Assembly (NCBI GenBank): GCA_021809755.1
Contig: JAJZJZ010000001.1
Location: 24,204 to 88,203 of the forward strand
DNA from: Thermoplasmata archaeon
Lineage (GTDB): Archaea; Thermoplasmatota; Thermoplasmata; Thermoplasmatales; Thermoplasmataceae
Direction: 5' to 3'
Length of the DNA: 64,000 bases
Every line of letters begins with the position of its first letter. Within the stretch, counting starts at the first letter, position 1. This document shows, piece after piece, positions 20,801 through 28,694 of this stretch. A model generated the notes under the pieces. The model was given only the letters and a program-made list of their open reading frames with translations, was not told where the DNA came from and made no database searches. The position numbers and the translations under genes were made by a program.

Positions 20801-21169
20801 ATAAATCTATATAATTGGAATGTAACCATCACTTATAACGGGAAAAATGTAAGTGAAGTAAACTTGAGCTACAATCAGACCGCAACCATTTATGTAAAAC
20901 TAACACCTATCAGTGGTCAACACATATCCAGCCAAATATCACTAGTCCTGAATGGAACCGTTCAAGGAAAAGTCTATTCTATGCCTCCTCTTTCTGTTTC
21001 ATTCCCAAGTGTTCCTGGGCTAATGGCATATCCAAGCGGAAACAACCTAATAGCAAACTATACGGGTAATCCAGATAACACCCTTTTAACGGGCTCAATT
21101 ATATTGGTTATAATTATTATTGTAGGAATTGGTTCCACTGCAGTTGTTTCAAGGAGGAACAGGAAATGA
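14828..21169 (+). CDS. aglB: dolichyl-phosphooligosaccharide-protein glycotransferase AglB (STT3 family) fused to a giant sequon-rich ectodomain and C-terminal TM anchor
   Basis: About 13 N-terminal TM helices. Catalytic WWDYG at codons 587-591 (nt 16586-16600). More than 1200 aa of beta-rich repeats follow, with a recurring PGxY(T/S)(I/V) strand and one clear CarboxypepD_reg-like module (GQITTQSGVPVSGAYVTLFDQYG...NGFYNISAVPG). Two CARDB/NEW3-like modules come next. C-terminus is LTGSIILVIIIIVGIGSTAVVSRRNRK. Confidence 0.85.
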   Translation: MGKIQVQSIQGLKSWVSRNSELTIIAMLVAIYLFIGNYFAWQQAFVGLVANVSGGSDPYFNYYIIQQIIATGHLLTYTQALNYPIGSGNPRNPFFHELIVFIAEILSPVLGVKTAAYYAFMEFDAVFGALLIIPVYLLAKDVFGKKVGLISAFVYTLIPSNLSSGVLTDGRMHTPELIFAFFAIYFFEKAMRMSSKEKIIEKFTDIKSYYGSIIKYVKNNLLSTEYAIFGAISYGALMLSWQGAAYILAIIAIYIIIQLIFNLFINQNTGYVTFISIIFVSISFAMGYYYYYAANNAPSIWFIPPLFIGLGVIALSILIGILGRKPWIISIPLLIIILGGLLAAVRLASPHIFNEIISGEGYFIKTRVYSTIAEAQSPLTAAPLLSSYLSEFGIGIFAMGMGGIIYMFYLAFKEKKDSIIFILVFSLVSIYMSFAAARFNVTAAPAYAIGTGALLMYILEILKLNRGSEQNSRKTMKQRRSAIKADIKWLQVILAVVISLGLVLPAGLSMISNGIPANNAEQVNQQIYNSLPSALRPYAFQANSTDYIGGTGLLITNSSSPLSSSLAWLSTQNTNVPLDQRPAYVSWWDYGFQELYQGQHPTVADDFQQAYQVAGQILLAQNQSQIISLFAARLLEADYIAAGNGQFSSQVNNTLVQYLGHNEANLVLSIEQNPSMFSSWIGNNQSIYGTFIKDIGPVNSYFALIKGQLSSKYSTATIVNLYQALEEETGYRISYIQIDHSLFPFSGNNPGIFYAPAYLTETPSVTTSSGEVIPTNYYSIQAVTSNGTYNVTSLPTNVQPIGYDITYTPAFYNTSIYRFMIGIPPSSVGQSNGIPGITFGQTTYSLQPAYNMSHFEIMYESIPYNPYKNYSAHQDAWTLIPLQQAYKYEKENKGTEIIFPPSYQITGSADPIVEYFPGAKLYGQITTQSGVPVSGAYVTLFDQYGIPHGYTRTNRNGFYNISAVPGNDTLFVTSGTFLQQYLSGSNTIKIFNVNVSMDQAERTDTTYNMTTGLPGYYIENNYKMNTTPISGLVNLYYQKGYYSNSSADFIAKKVLTGTVQLYNSTNNLTLTAPIVNGQYSFSNIPAYSYTANVIANGTTYSNVETLNITSSTSPVVYDLDVKLDTIFATMKTGGVPNSGYTITARGYSIQTSAVTNSTGGATLYVLPGQYSVFSGYKGYSSSIESVVFGALGQNQTVNLSTAASFGLTVKVVGYSNFNSVRALFDGNMNQSYELSNIGNGYYFSNLTIGTYTIYAEGNGYAILNTTNLNSTKMISVYSESATTVKLTPMIANATLFSGEVSVTYNSGFISRDFNQNGTFTFNIPSGFEYGLSGQGVFAGKIYASNGMKFITSNSLNYIFKMVNSTAITVLTYNKELGAFSSTSAFGSGVSVLYFDNTPISMSRILSDGYSSLYVQSSSMVGYSIRSYSSGFESSIISVSGLTVNAGINPPAYAVKVQILLNNKSSANLNGTLKIFGNQNYTAVITNGFANLSLTPGIYSMSITGSNQEVYLFRNILSVTATNQSISLNAISKVMVTVLGSKTIELFNGTGTKFSGSGYVVPGIYTIYSISNNGGVNLTKLDLNVNRTISPTYSTGYILTLKNSIGISGNYYIKSSVGTIKTSLSSFLIPAGKYSITFQNNLVNSTGSWTITGTTNQLISGNSVVNISVTQTPFTTDLTGTVSFAGVNSSLSSVVLYRSGIMSYISHSNTHGLYSMAVKNGSYTIYAFNNLTESAYIGTVDISPFENIANLNITMTTAYKTYFAVTMGTSVIKTPVNISLSNELIIVNSTSPGILLPQGNFTFTASTNTTISSNNYSESISYTNSTVIDIDTAMSVQLTLQKLYIYNLTLTFGKIQNISSGSSFNYTLSIRNRGNSMVNVSLSSGSSDWNITFAKKNLKLGINQSLNVNASFKNSTLVPAGNNSIPILLNYHSGTITDYVNVNITKSYGLKLESVYNKYVVFDSGYGSILVKLVNTGNTNETAHLTIGDLSTINLYNWNVTITYNGKNVSEVNLSYNQTATIYVKLTPISGQHISSQISLVLNGTVQGKVYSMPPLSVSFPSVPGLMAYPSGNNLIANYTGNPDNTLLTGSIILVIIIIVGIGSTAVVSRRNRK

Positions 21170-21966
21170 AGCTAAAGTCAATTTTTCCCATAATTGCCAT
21201 TATACTCTTGATCGCAGGTTTAGTTACCATAGTTCCAGTTGATTCGCAGGCAGCCAATGCAACATTCGGCGCCACCCTTAGCTACCCTGGAACAGTTTAC
21301 AGCCTGGAGTATTTCCATCTCAATGTAACAGAAACACCGGGATATTCTAATTATTCAGCCACAGTTTATGCCGCAGCTCAGAATGTAACAAACATGAAAC
21401 CCATAACAGCTGATCAAAAAGTATCTGCCAAAAATGGAACATTTGAATTTTCATTAATTGCACCTAGTTATGCTCCTCAAACTATGTACGTTTATATACA
21501 GGAATCAGCAGAATATAAGGGAGTTCAGGTACAGCATTCACAGGAAATACAGATTAAAGTAGTCTCTCCAATTGTTTTCCATGCACAATTGAGTGATAGC
21601 CTTCCAGTTCCAATATATAATTTAACGGTTCTATTTTATCTGGATGGCCAACAAGTTGGTTCTAAATTTGTATCCTCGCTAACCCCAAACGATACGGTTA
21701 TGGTTAATTTAACTCTCCCTTCTAATCTTGTATCTCAAGGCACCCACACTCTTGAAATTACAGTTAGCAACGCATCGGTGTTTATAGACAGCAGTAAGCA
21801 ATCATATACAACAACATTCTACTACGGAACACCGCCTAACTACAATTGGATTTATTACGTTTCCATAGGAGCTGCAGTTTTCATGGCATTCCTGTTTTTC
21901 GTTGCTACAAGAAGGAAAAAAGGTATGGGTTATGTACCAAAATGGAAGAGAGCCAAGAAAAAATGA
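21166..21966 (+). CDS. secreted, C-terminally membrane-anchored CARDB-like glycoprotein (hypothetical)
   Basis: Signal peptide MKLKSIFPIIAIILLIAGLVTIVPVDSQA. CARDB-like stretch PVPIYNLTVLFYLDGQQVGSKFVSSLTPNDTVMVNLTLP. 9 N-x-S/T sequons by hand count. C-terminal TM plus a Lys/Arg tail. ATGA overlap with aglB and AGGAGG at 21152-21157. Confidence 0.55.
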   Translation: MKLKSIFPIIAIILLIAGLVTIVPVDSQAANATFGATLSYPGTVYSLEYFHLNVTETPGYSNYSATVYAAAQNVTNMKPITADQKVSAKNGTFEFSLIAPSYAPQTMYVYIQESAEYKGVQVQHSQEIQIKVVSPIVFHAQLSDSLPVPIYNLTVLFYLDGQQVGSKFVSSLTPNDTVMVNLTLPSNLVSQGTHTLEITVSNASVFIDSSKQSYTTTFYYGTPPNYNWIYYVSIGAAVFMAFLFFVATRRKKGMGYVPKWKRAKKK

Positions 21967-21969
21967 AAT

Positions 21970-22617
21970 TTAAACCAATATTTTTATTGTTCTGAATTCA
22001 GATTCTATGGCATTCTTTCTTTTTACTCCCGGCTTATCCGAATACTTCTTAAATTTTGTATTGTCGACTAACGTTATCCGAGCTGCAGAGAGCGCGTTAT
22101 TGTGAATAGAGTGAGGACCGCTTGTCCCCCTTTCATTTACAATAGTATATTCTAAATTTAGATTCGAAATTTCAGAAATAAGTTTCTTCCGGTTCGGTTT
22201 ATCACCATTTCCAACCTTTATTTCGAAAAACTTGTAATTATAATCACATAGTGCATTTTTTATAAATAAGGCAGCTTCATGGATATCAGGCATTTCCGTT
22301 GCTTCAGTTATTATTAGATCAGCTAAAATTGCTACCCCTGGCCTGGGTCCTGGATCCACACCTATTATGACAGAAGAGAACTGTCTTTTGCCCGCTAATA
22401 TGGGCAAGGCCCTTCTTATTGCTCTTATTGGTGAATTCTCTCTTATCTGAAATCTATCCATTAGCTTATCCTTGGAAGAGCTCAGGATTACAGGAATATC
22501 TACAGGTATATCCGAAATATCATCAATAGAACAAAAGGGGAGGCCCCAGTCTTTTAACTCCTTAATGGTCTTATAATAAAATCTGAAGTCGTCGGTATAA
22601 ATCCCGAACCGTACCAT
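21970..22617 (-). CDS. hypothetical protein with YqgF/RuvX-RuvC-like RNase H-fold domain (putative nuclease)
   Basis: VIIGVDPGPRPGVAILAD ... IKVGNGD ... VNERGTSG resembles the RuvX/YqgF motif order (GxDxG...G.A, ...DER.T). Same strand as recJ, 58 nt downstream. Confidence 0.35.
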   Translation of the reverse strand: MVRFGIYTDDFRFYYKTIKELKDWGLPFCSIDDISDIPVDIPVILSSSKDKLMDRFQIRENSPIRAIRRALPILAGKRQFSSVIIGVDPGPRPGVAILADLIITEATEMPDIHEAALFIKNALCDYNYKFFEIKVGNGDKPNRKKLISEISNLNLEYTIVNERGTSGPHSIHNNALSAARITLVDNTKFKKYSDKPGVKRKNAIESEFRTIKILV

Positions 22618-22675
22618 TCAATATTGTATGCATAAAATATTATTAAAACCTTTTGAAGTTTGATTTTATTTCATA

Positions 22676-24016
22676 TTACATTCTATTACTTTCTAACTGA
22701 TCTGATACCATCTTATCCACGATCTCTATGAATTGTTTTTCAGTTCCTCTGGGTATAACTCCTCCTGCGGCAATATCATGTCCTCCTCCACTGCCTCCAA
22801 CTTTCTTGCAGGCATCTTTCATTATGAGAGATAGATTAAGACCTTTATTAACGTGGTTTCTTGTTCCCCTGGATGAGATTAATGTGTTATTATCTCCGGC
22901 ATTAAAACCTATTACTGGTTTCGTTTGATCCGCTACATATAACATAAGGATACCGCTTATGGACCCTGCCATTTCAGATCCTGGTGCGTAAAAATATTGG
23001 ATATTTTTCTCCTTTACCATTTCCTTATAAGAACGGTAAGCATAATCAATAAGTTTAGTTTCAAAGGCCTTCCAATTTAATTGCATCTGTTCTAAAAGCT
23101 TTTTATCACCAAGGAAATAATGAACTGGAATGGCGTTCGATCCAAGTTTAGCATTTGCATCTATTATTTTTGAAAGAGATTTTCCGGAAAATCCATCTTC
23201 AAAAAGGAAGTCTTCTGTTTCCAAATACTTCAATGCTTCTGATTCGCATCCTTGAAGCGCTAATTTGGCAAAAAGAGCTTTTCCTAGTTTTAAATTTTCA
23301 TCATCGTTTAAACTTGCAATTTCCTTGCCCGGTTCGAATCCAAGACCTGTCAGGAACTCCTTTATATTATCTGTTTTGCCCGTTAAATCATAGTAAAAAG
23401 GATCCGTAGAAAAGGTGAGTGCATCGAGCAGGGTGGTTCCGTTCAAGTTCAACCGTTTGTGAAGCTTATATGATTTTCCATACTCTTTAATAATGACTGA
23501 ATTTAGCCCCTTAAAACCTCCGATGTCCTGTTTATCTGCTATGGCTCCTGCCACCATAAATTTAAGAAGATCTCTGTTCGATTCATCTATTGCCAAGGCC
23601 ATTAGTAAAGCCATTGTAGCACCACACGCCTCAGTAGTGCCGTTGAAACCATAATCCCTTACATTTATGTTTAGAGATTTCGAAGATGATTCTTCATAAT
23701 AGTGGTGATCAAGAACAATTATATTTTCCATATCTGGTACAAATTTCATCTGGTCAGAACCTGCATCTGCTATCAAAGTAAGATTGTAAGGTTCTTCCTG
23801 TAACCTTTTTTTGAATCCATCTTCGCTCAGATCCTTTATAAAACTTAAATGGTAGGGTATCTTAAGTCTTTCAAGAGCTGTAACTAAAATAATTGCCGCG
23901 CTAGTCCCATCACCATCATAATGGGTTAAAATTCTAATGTATGGTGAGTGAATTATTTTTTCCTTCGCTACGTTTAGTGCATTAAAAAATTTTATAGGAA
24001 TAATGTCCTTTAACAT
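22676..24016 (-). CDS. recJ: DHH/DHHA1 phosphoesterase, archaeal RecJ/Cdc45-like (GAN-type) nuclease
   Basis: DHH motifs LTHYDGDGTSAA, IADAGSD, VLDHHY and DHHA1 GGGHDIAAGG. 446 aa. Immediately downstream of rps15. Confidence 0.8.
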   Translation of the reverse strand: MLKDIIPIKFFNALNVAKEKIIHSPYIRILTHYDGDGTSAAIILVTALERLKIPYHLSFIKDLSEDGFKKRLQEEPYNLTLIADAGSDQMKFVPDMENIIVLDHHYYEESSSKSLNINVRDYGFNGTTEACGATMALLMALAIDESNRDLLKFMVAGAIADKQDIGGFKGLNSVIIKEYGKSYKLHKRLNLNGTTLLDALTFSTDPFYYDLTGKTDNIKEFLTGLGFEPGKEIASLNDDENLKLGKALFAKLALQGCESEALKYLETEDFLFEDGFSGKSLSKIIDANAKLGSNAIPVHYFLGDKKLLEQMQLNWKAFETKLIDYAYRSYKEMVKEKNIQYFYAPGSEMAGSISGILMLYVADQTKPVIGFNAGDNNTLISSRGTRNHVNKGLNLSLIMKDACKKVGGSGGGHDIAAGGVIPRGTEKQFIEIVDKMVSDQLESNRM

Positions 24017-24018
24017 AA

Positions 24019-24456
24019 CTATAGAACTTTATTAAGTTCCCACTCTGGAGCCAAATATCCTTCTCTCTTGTAATATTTTACTAATCTCAGCATTTTGGCC
24101 ATGATCAAGTTTTTCCCCCTAGTATTGCTCATATCTCTTTTATTAGCGACAATATGTTTTGATACCCTTTTATATTTCTGGATAAGACTGTTTAGGTCTT
24201 CTGGTATAGCTGGACTACTATTGTTTTCCCGAAGGATCTTTCCAATTTTTGCGTTAAGCACGTGCTTTGTTCCAGGAATTCCATATTGGTCCCTAAGTCT
24301 GATTCCAATCTGAGAAGAAGTTAAATGCTCCTTCTGTGAATTCAATATGATTTCTGTTATTTCATTAGGGCTCTGTTCTACCCAAGCATGGCCATTCGCC
24401 AAATATACATTCTTTGAGCCAGATTTTCCCCTCTTCCTTTTATGCATTCTCGCCAT
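24019..24456 (-). CDS. rps15: 30S ribosomal protein S15 (uS15)
   Basis: MARMHKRKRGKSGS... N-terminus and the length (145 aa) are typical of archaeal S15. Confidence 0.9.
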   Translation of the reverse strand: MARMHKRKRGKSGSKNVYLANGHAWVEQSPNEITEIILNSQKEHLTSSQIGIRLRDQYGIPGTKHVLNAKIGKILRENNSSPAIPEDLNSLIQKYKRVSKHIVANKRDMSNTRGKNLIMAKMLRLVKYYKREGYLAPEWELNKVL

Positions 24457-25025
24457 TAATCATCCCTGTTGGTTAACAGAGATGAATTTGGTATTAATTA
24501 TGTTTATGATTTTCTGTTGTTTGCATTTATCGTATTTTCGAAGAAGAATTTTAGTTTTGTGTAAGTTACACAGATTTCAAAGGTAAATTTTAAGCGTGTA
24601 ACGAGTTGTGAATCACTTTGAATTCAGAGAAATCATCCATGAAGGCTTATTTAAAAATGCTATTAAAGAGCATATAGATTTATAACGCAGCTCCTTAAAG
24701 GAAACTTTATTCCCACAACATGGCATTCTTGGAATACACAGATCTAACTTGAAAAATTTCAGAGATTCAATTGCGACATTAACCGCATTATTTGAGAAGT
24801 ATCAAAATCGTTGATGGAATACCCGGATATGGGAAGAATGTTTTTCTAAATATATTTGCGAGTATTCCGCTATTTGTTTTTCTTTTCATAGATGCCATTT
24901 CTAATCTCCACATTAACTTCTTTTCCATGTACGCATTCCGGAATATCTAAATCCTGCGGAACCGAACCAAACCTAACTTTAAATGTCTAAAAAAGTAGCA
25001 CTGTAAATATATAGAATGAAATTCT

Positions 25026-26399
25026 ATGGATATTATGAAGACTGATGTCTTAATTATAGGAGCAGGAGGAGGAGCATACCCTGCTGCATTCAGACTTGCC
25101 CGTTCTGGTTATGATGTTGTTATGGTTGATCCTAAAGGGGTGCTGGGGGGAAATTGCCTTTATTTGGGATGTATACCGTCAAAAACGATAAGGGAAATGA
25201 TACAGCTTTATGAGCGTTCAAAGAGACTCTTAGAAGCAAACGTTGGTAAGGATTTCAGTTGGTATCAGGTTCATAAGGAATCTGTTCAGAAAATTAGATT
25301 TGAACAGCACAACATTGAGCTATCAGAATTTCCGAATGTGCATTTTTTAAAGGCAACTGCCTCATTTAAAAATAAGAATGAAGCTTTGATAAAACAGGAA
25401 GGAAAGGAATTCTCTGTAACATTTGATCATTGCATCATCGCAACAGGAACATCCGTTGCAAGATTGAAATTTCCAGGATCAGAATTTTGCATTACAAGCG
25501 ATGATATTTTTTCTTATGGGTCATCATTCAAGAAGATTCCTGAAAGCATCGTAATTGTTGGTGCAGGTTATATTGCACTAGAGATTGCAAGCATGTTCTC
25601 CGCTCTTGGATCTTTAGTTCATCTTCTGGTTAGAACTGATGTTACTTTAAGAAATGTGGATCAGGATCTTGTCAAGATGGCCCTGCCTTCTATCGCACGC
25701 TTTCAAATGCACTATAATGCAAACATACTTGAAGTTACAAAAAATGGAAGTTACCTATCTGTCAAATATAATGAAAGTGGAAAAGAACAGGAAATCACTG
25801 CCGACACTGTTATAATGGCAGTAGGCAGAGATCCGCAATTACCTGAAGGAGTCAACTCGCTCGGAATTGAGATCAATCAGAAAGGATTTATCTCAACAAC
25901 TGAGACACTTCAAACCACTATTCCTTGGATATATGCAACCGGAGACGTGAACGGTAAAGCACCCTATTTCCATGCGGCTGTAAGGGAAGCAATGGTGGCT
26001 GCCAATAACATAATTGCAGGCGATCAACCAGTTGATTATATAGATTATAGAAACATCCCCGTGGCTATTTTTACTTTTCCACCAATTGCATATGTAGGTA
26101 TAACCAGATCTTCAGCAACAAAAATTGGCATGAAGATTGTAGAAGGCTGCTACAAACTATCCACTGATTCAAGAAGCCAGATGTATGATGAAAAAGAAGG
26201 AGAAATAAGATTGTTCTTTGAAAAAGGCAGCATGAAAATAGTTGGCGGATGGATTTTTGGCATTGATGCTCCTGATCTAATAAATGAGATAGGTCTGGCA
26301 GTATCAAACTCACTGACTGCTAGGCAGATGGCAGAATTTGCAGATCAACACCCAACTACCAACGAAGGCATATCAAAGATTGCTAGGAACTTTGTTTAA
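25026..26399 (+). CDS. class I pyridine nucleotide-disulfide oxidoreductase (dihydrolipoyl dehydrogenase / glutathione reductase family)
   Basis: FAD site VLIIGAGGGAYPAA, redox-active disulfide GGNCLYLGCIPSKT, NAD site IVGAGYIALE, C-terminal interface HPTTNEG. Confidence 0.8.
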   Translation: MDIMKTDVLIIGAGGGAYPAAFRLARSGYDVVMVDPKGVLGGNCLYLGCIPSKTIREMIQLYERSKRLLEANVGKDFSWYQVHKESVQKIRFEQHNIELSEFPNVHFLKATASFKNKNEALIKQEGKEFSVTFDHCIIATGTSVARLKFPGSEFCITSDDIFSYGSSFKKIPESIVIVGAGYIALEIASMFSALGSLVHLLVRTDVTLRNVDQDLVKMALPSIARFQMHYNANILEVTKNGSYLSVKYNESGKEQEITADTVIMAVGRDPQLPEGVNSLGIEINQKGFISTTETLQTTIPWIYATGDVNGKAPYFHAAVREAMVAANNIIAGDQPVDYIDYRNIPVAIFTFPPIAYVGITRSSATKIGMKIVEGCYKLSTDSRSQMYDEKEGEIRLFFEKGSMKIVGGWIFGIDAPDLINEIGLAVSNSLTARQMAEFADQHPTTNEGISKIARNFV

Positions 26400-26873
26400 T
26401 CTTAGAATGTCATAATATGTTAAGCAAGCTTTTAACACTCTTTTCAAGTGGATTATTGATCAGTTACCACTGATTTATAAAACTTTTATTCATTAACAGA
26501 TTGAATTTGGTTTTTGCTATCTTCAAGTTATACTCAAATCAAATCCATATAAATAGGTTATCGATTTCTTTGGTTTACAATTCTAAAGCTCAATTACTAT
26601 GGATTTTTATAAATTCCCGTTACATTATTCAAATGGAACAATTTCTAGTTTGCTTTCTTCTCTCTGTGACAGTAAACAAATTGCATAATGATGGTCTCAT
26701 AGATTGAGCAAATGTGGCTAAACCTATTACATTGAATATGCTCTTGGATTACAAAATATCTGACGAGTATTCATTTGGAACAGACTGTGAGTAATGAATT
26801 TCTTAGCTCCGATTACTACAAAATACTTTTAACTCAATATAATTTGTACATTAACAACAGGTGATATGAAGAA

Positions 26874-28694
26874 ATGATTGCTTTAGAGGAAAGAAACAAA
26901 TTCCCGGAGATTAGATTCGCTAGTGATTTTGAGATAAGCAAGAACGCACCATTCAAAACTGTGGAAGAGTTCATAGGAACAATGGGTAACATTATCAATA
27001 GCGATATGATGATAATGAGGGTTACTGAAAGTCTTTGCCCTATATGCGTTGATGACGAAAAGTTTGATCAGATGAGAATCCCAGCTATTGTATATGAGCA
27101 GGGAGGAGAAGTCAGACTAATCAAAGAATGTGCTGAACACGGTATAACAAAAGAAAAATACTGGGAAGATTATGAAATGTATCAGGAAGCCAAGAAGTGG
27201 GCAGATGGCGGAGTAAGAATTTTGAACCCACATGTGGCTTACCTTGAATCAAAGATTGTATGCCCAACTCACTGTGGATTGTGCGTTAAACACAAATCAC
27301 ACACTGGTCTCGGAAATGTAGTTGTAACAAACCGGTGTGATTTATCATGCTGGTATTGTTTCTTCTATGCAAAGGAAAACGAGCCAATTTATGAGCCATC
27401 ACAGGACCAAGTCAGAATGATGCTCAGGAGAATGAGAAACGAAAAGCCAGTAGGTGCAAATGCAGTTCAGATTACAGGAGGAGAACCAACAATAAGAGAC
27501 GATATCCTTGATATCGTTAAGATAGCAAGAGAAGAAGGATATGAGCACATTCAGCTTAACACAAACAGTATCAGAGCTGCATTCGATCCAGACTTCCCCA
27601 AGAAGGTCAGGGAAGCCGGTTCAAATGTCGTTTATACAAGTTTTGATGGTCCAACCCCCAGAGCAAACCCGAAGAATTTCTGGGAAATACCAGCAGCGCT
27701 TGAGAACTACAAGAAGGCACCAATGGGAGTAGTTTTAGTTCCAACCGTTATAGGTGGAATTAATGATATGTACCTTGGAGATATTATAAAGTTCGGTATA
27801 TCAAACATTGATGCAGTCAGAGCAGTAAATTTCCAGCCAGTAAGTCTTGTAGGCAGGATGCCTGACAGAATGAGAGAAAAGCAGAGAGTTACTATACCTG
27901 GATGTATAAAAAAGATTGAACAGCAGACAGATGGTATGATTGGAAGAGAAGACTTTTTCACAGTTCCTTCAACAACAAAGGTTTCTAACTTTGTTGAGCA
28001 GCTGAAGGGAAAGGAGATGTACAAACTTTCAATACACTTTGCCTGTGGAATGGGAACATACATCTTCAAGGAAGGAGACAAAATTACACCCATTACAAGA
28101 TTTATGGATGTAAGAGGAATCTTCGAATATATTGGAGAAATGGCCGATGAGGTTAAGGACTCTAACTTTAAAGCTCTCAAGAAAGCTTCAACTGTTACAA
28201 GATTGATGGCTAACCTCAGAAAGTTTGTTGACTACGAGAAAGCTCCAAAGGACTTCAAGTTGAAGGATATGCTTTACAATGCATTCACAGATGGTGATTA
28301 CCACGGTCTGAAAGCTTTCCATTACAAGAGTATGTTCGTTGGCTTCATGCACTTCATGGACCCATACACGTATGATGTTGACAGAGTAGAGAGATGTGAC
28401 ATCCACTATGCAATGCCCGATGGAAGAGTAGTTCCATTCTGTGCTTTCAACGTAATTCCTGAATTGTACAGAGATGCAACGCAGAGAAAGTATTCCATTC
28501 CAGCAAAAACATATGAACAGAAAACTGGAAAGATCCTAAAAAAGGAGAAGTACTTCAGAGAATATACAATGGAAGAAAAGAGATCGATCATTGATTTCTA
28601 TGAAAGAAGCATAGGAAGAAAGCTTTCACAGGATGAAATTGGATTGAATCTTGAGGAACAGATACCAGTTATATCTTCAGAAAAGCCAGAGTAA
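26874..28694 (+). CDS. radical SAM protein with N-terminal Cys-rich region, tetraether lipid synthase (Tes/GDGT-MAS, COG1964)-like
   Basis: CDLSCWYC = C155-x3-C159-x2-C162 radical SAM cluster. Upstream Cys groups are CPIC (C55, C58), C86 and CPTHCGLC (C130, C134, C137). SAM-binding QITGGEPT. 606 aa. Confidence 0.55.
   Translation: MIALEERNKFPEIRFASDFEISKNAPFKTVEEFIGTMGNIINSDMMIMRVTESLCPICVDDEKFDQMRIPAIVYEQGGEVRLIKECAEHGITKEKYWEDYEMYQEAKKWADGGVRILNPHVAYLESKIVCPTHCGLCVKHKSHTGLGNVVVTNRCDLSCWYCFFYAKENEPIYEPSQDQVRMMLRRMRNEKPVGANAVQITGGEPTIRDDILDIVKIAREEGYEHIQLNTNSIRAAFDPDFPKKVREAGSNVVYTSFDGPTPRANPKNFWEIPAALENYKKAPMGVVLVPTVIGGINDMYLGDIIKFGISNIDAVRAVNFQPVSLVGRMPDRMREKQRVTIPGCIKKIEQQTDGMIGREDFFTVPSTTKVSNFVEQLKGKEMYKLSIHFACGMGTYIFKEGDKITPITRFMDVRGIFEYIGEMADEVKDSNFKALKKASTVTRLMANLRKFVDYEKAPKDFKLKDMLYNAFTDGDYHGLKAFHYKSMFVGFMHFMDPYTYDVDRVERCDIHYAMPDGRVVPFCAFNVIPELYRDATQRKYSIPAKTYEQKTGKILKKEKYFREYTMEEKRSIIDFYERSIGRKLSQDEIGLNLEEQIPVISSEKPE

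Noticed and set aside
26501-26707. 68-aa ORF inside the long spacer upstream of the radical SAM gene; also 24347-24586 (79 aa) upstream of rps15
   Set aside because: Both are hydrophobic, low-complexity translations with no motifs, no SD or TATA context, and poor coding appearance.
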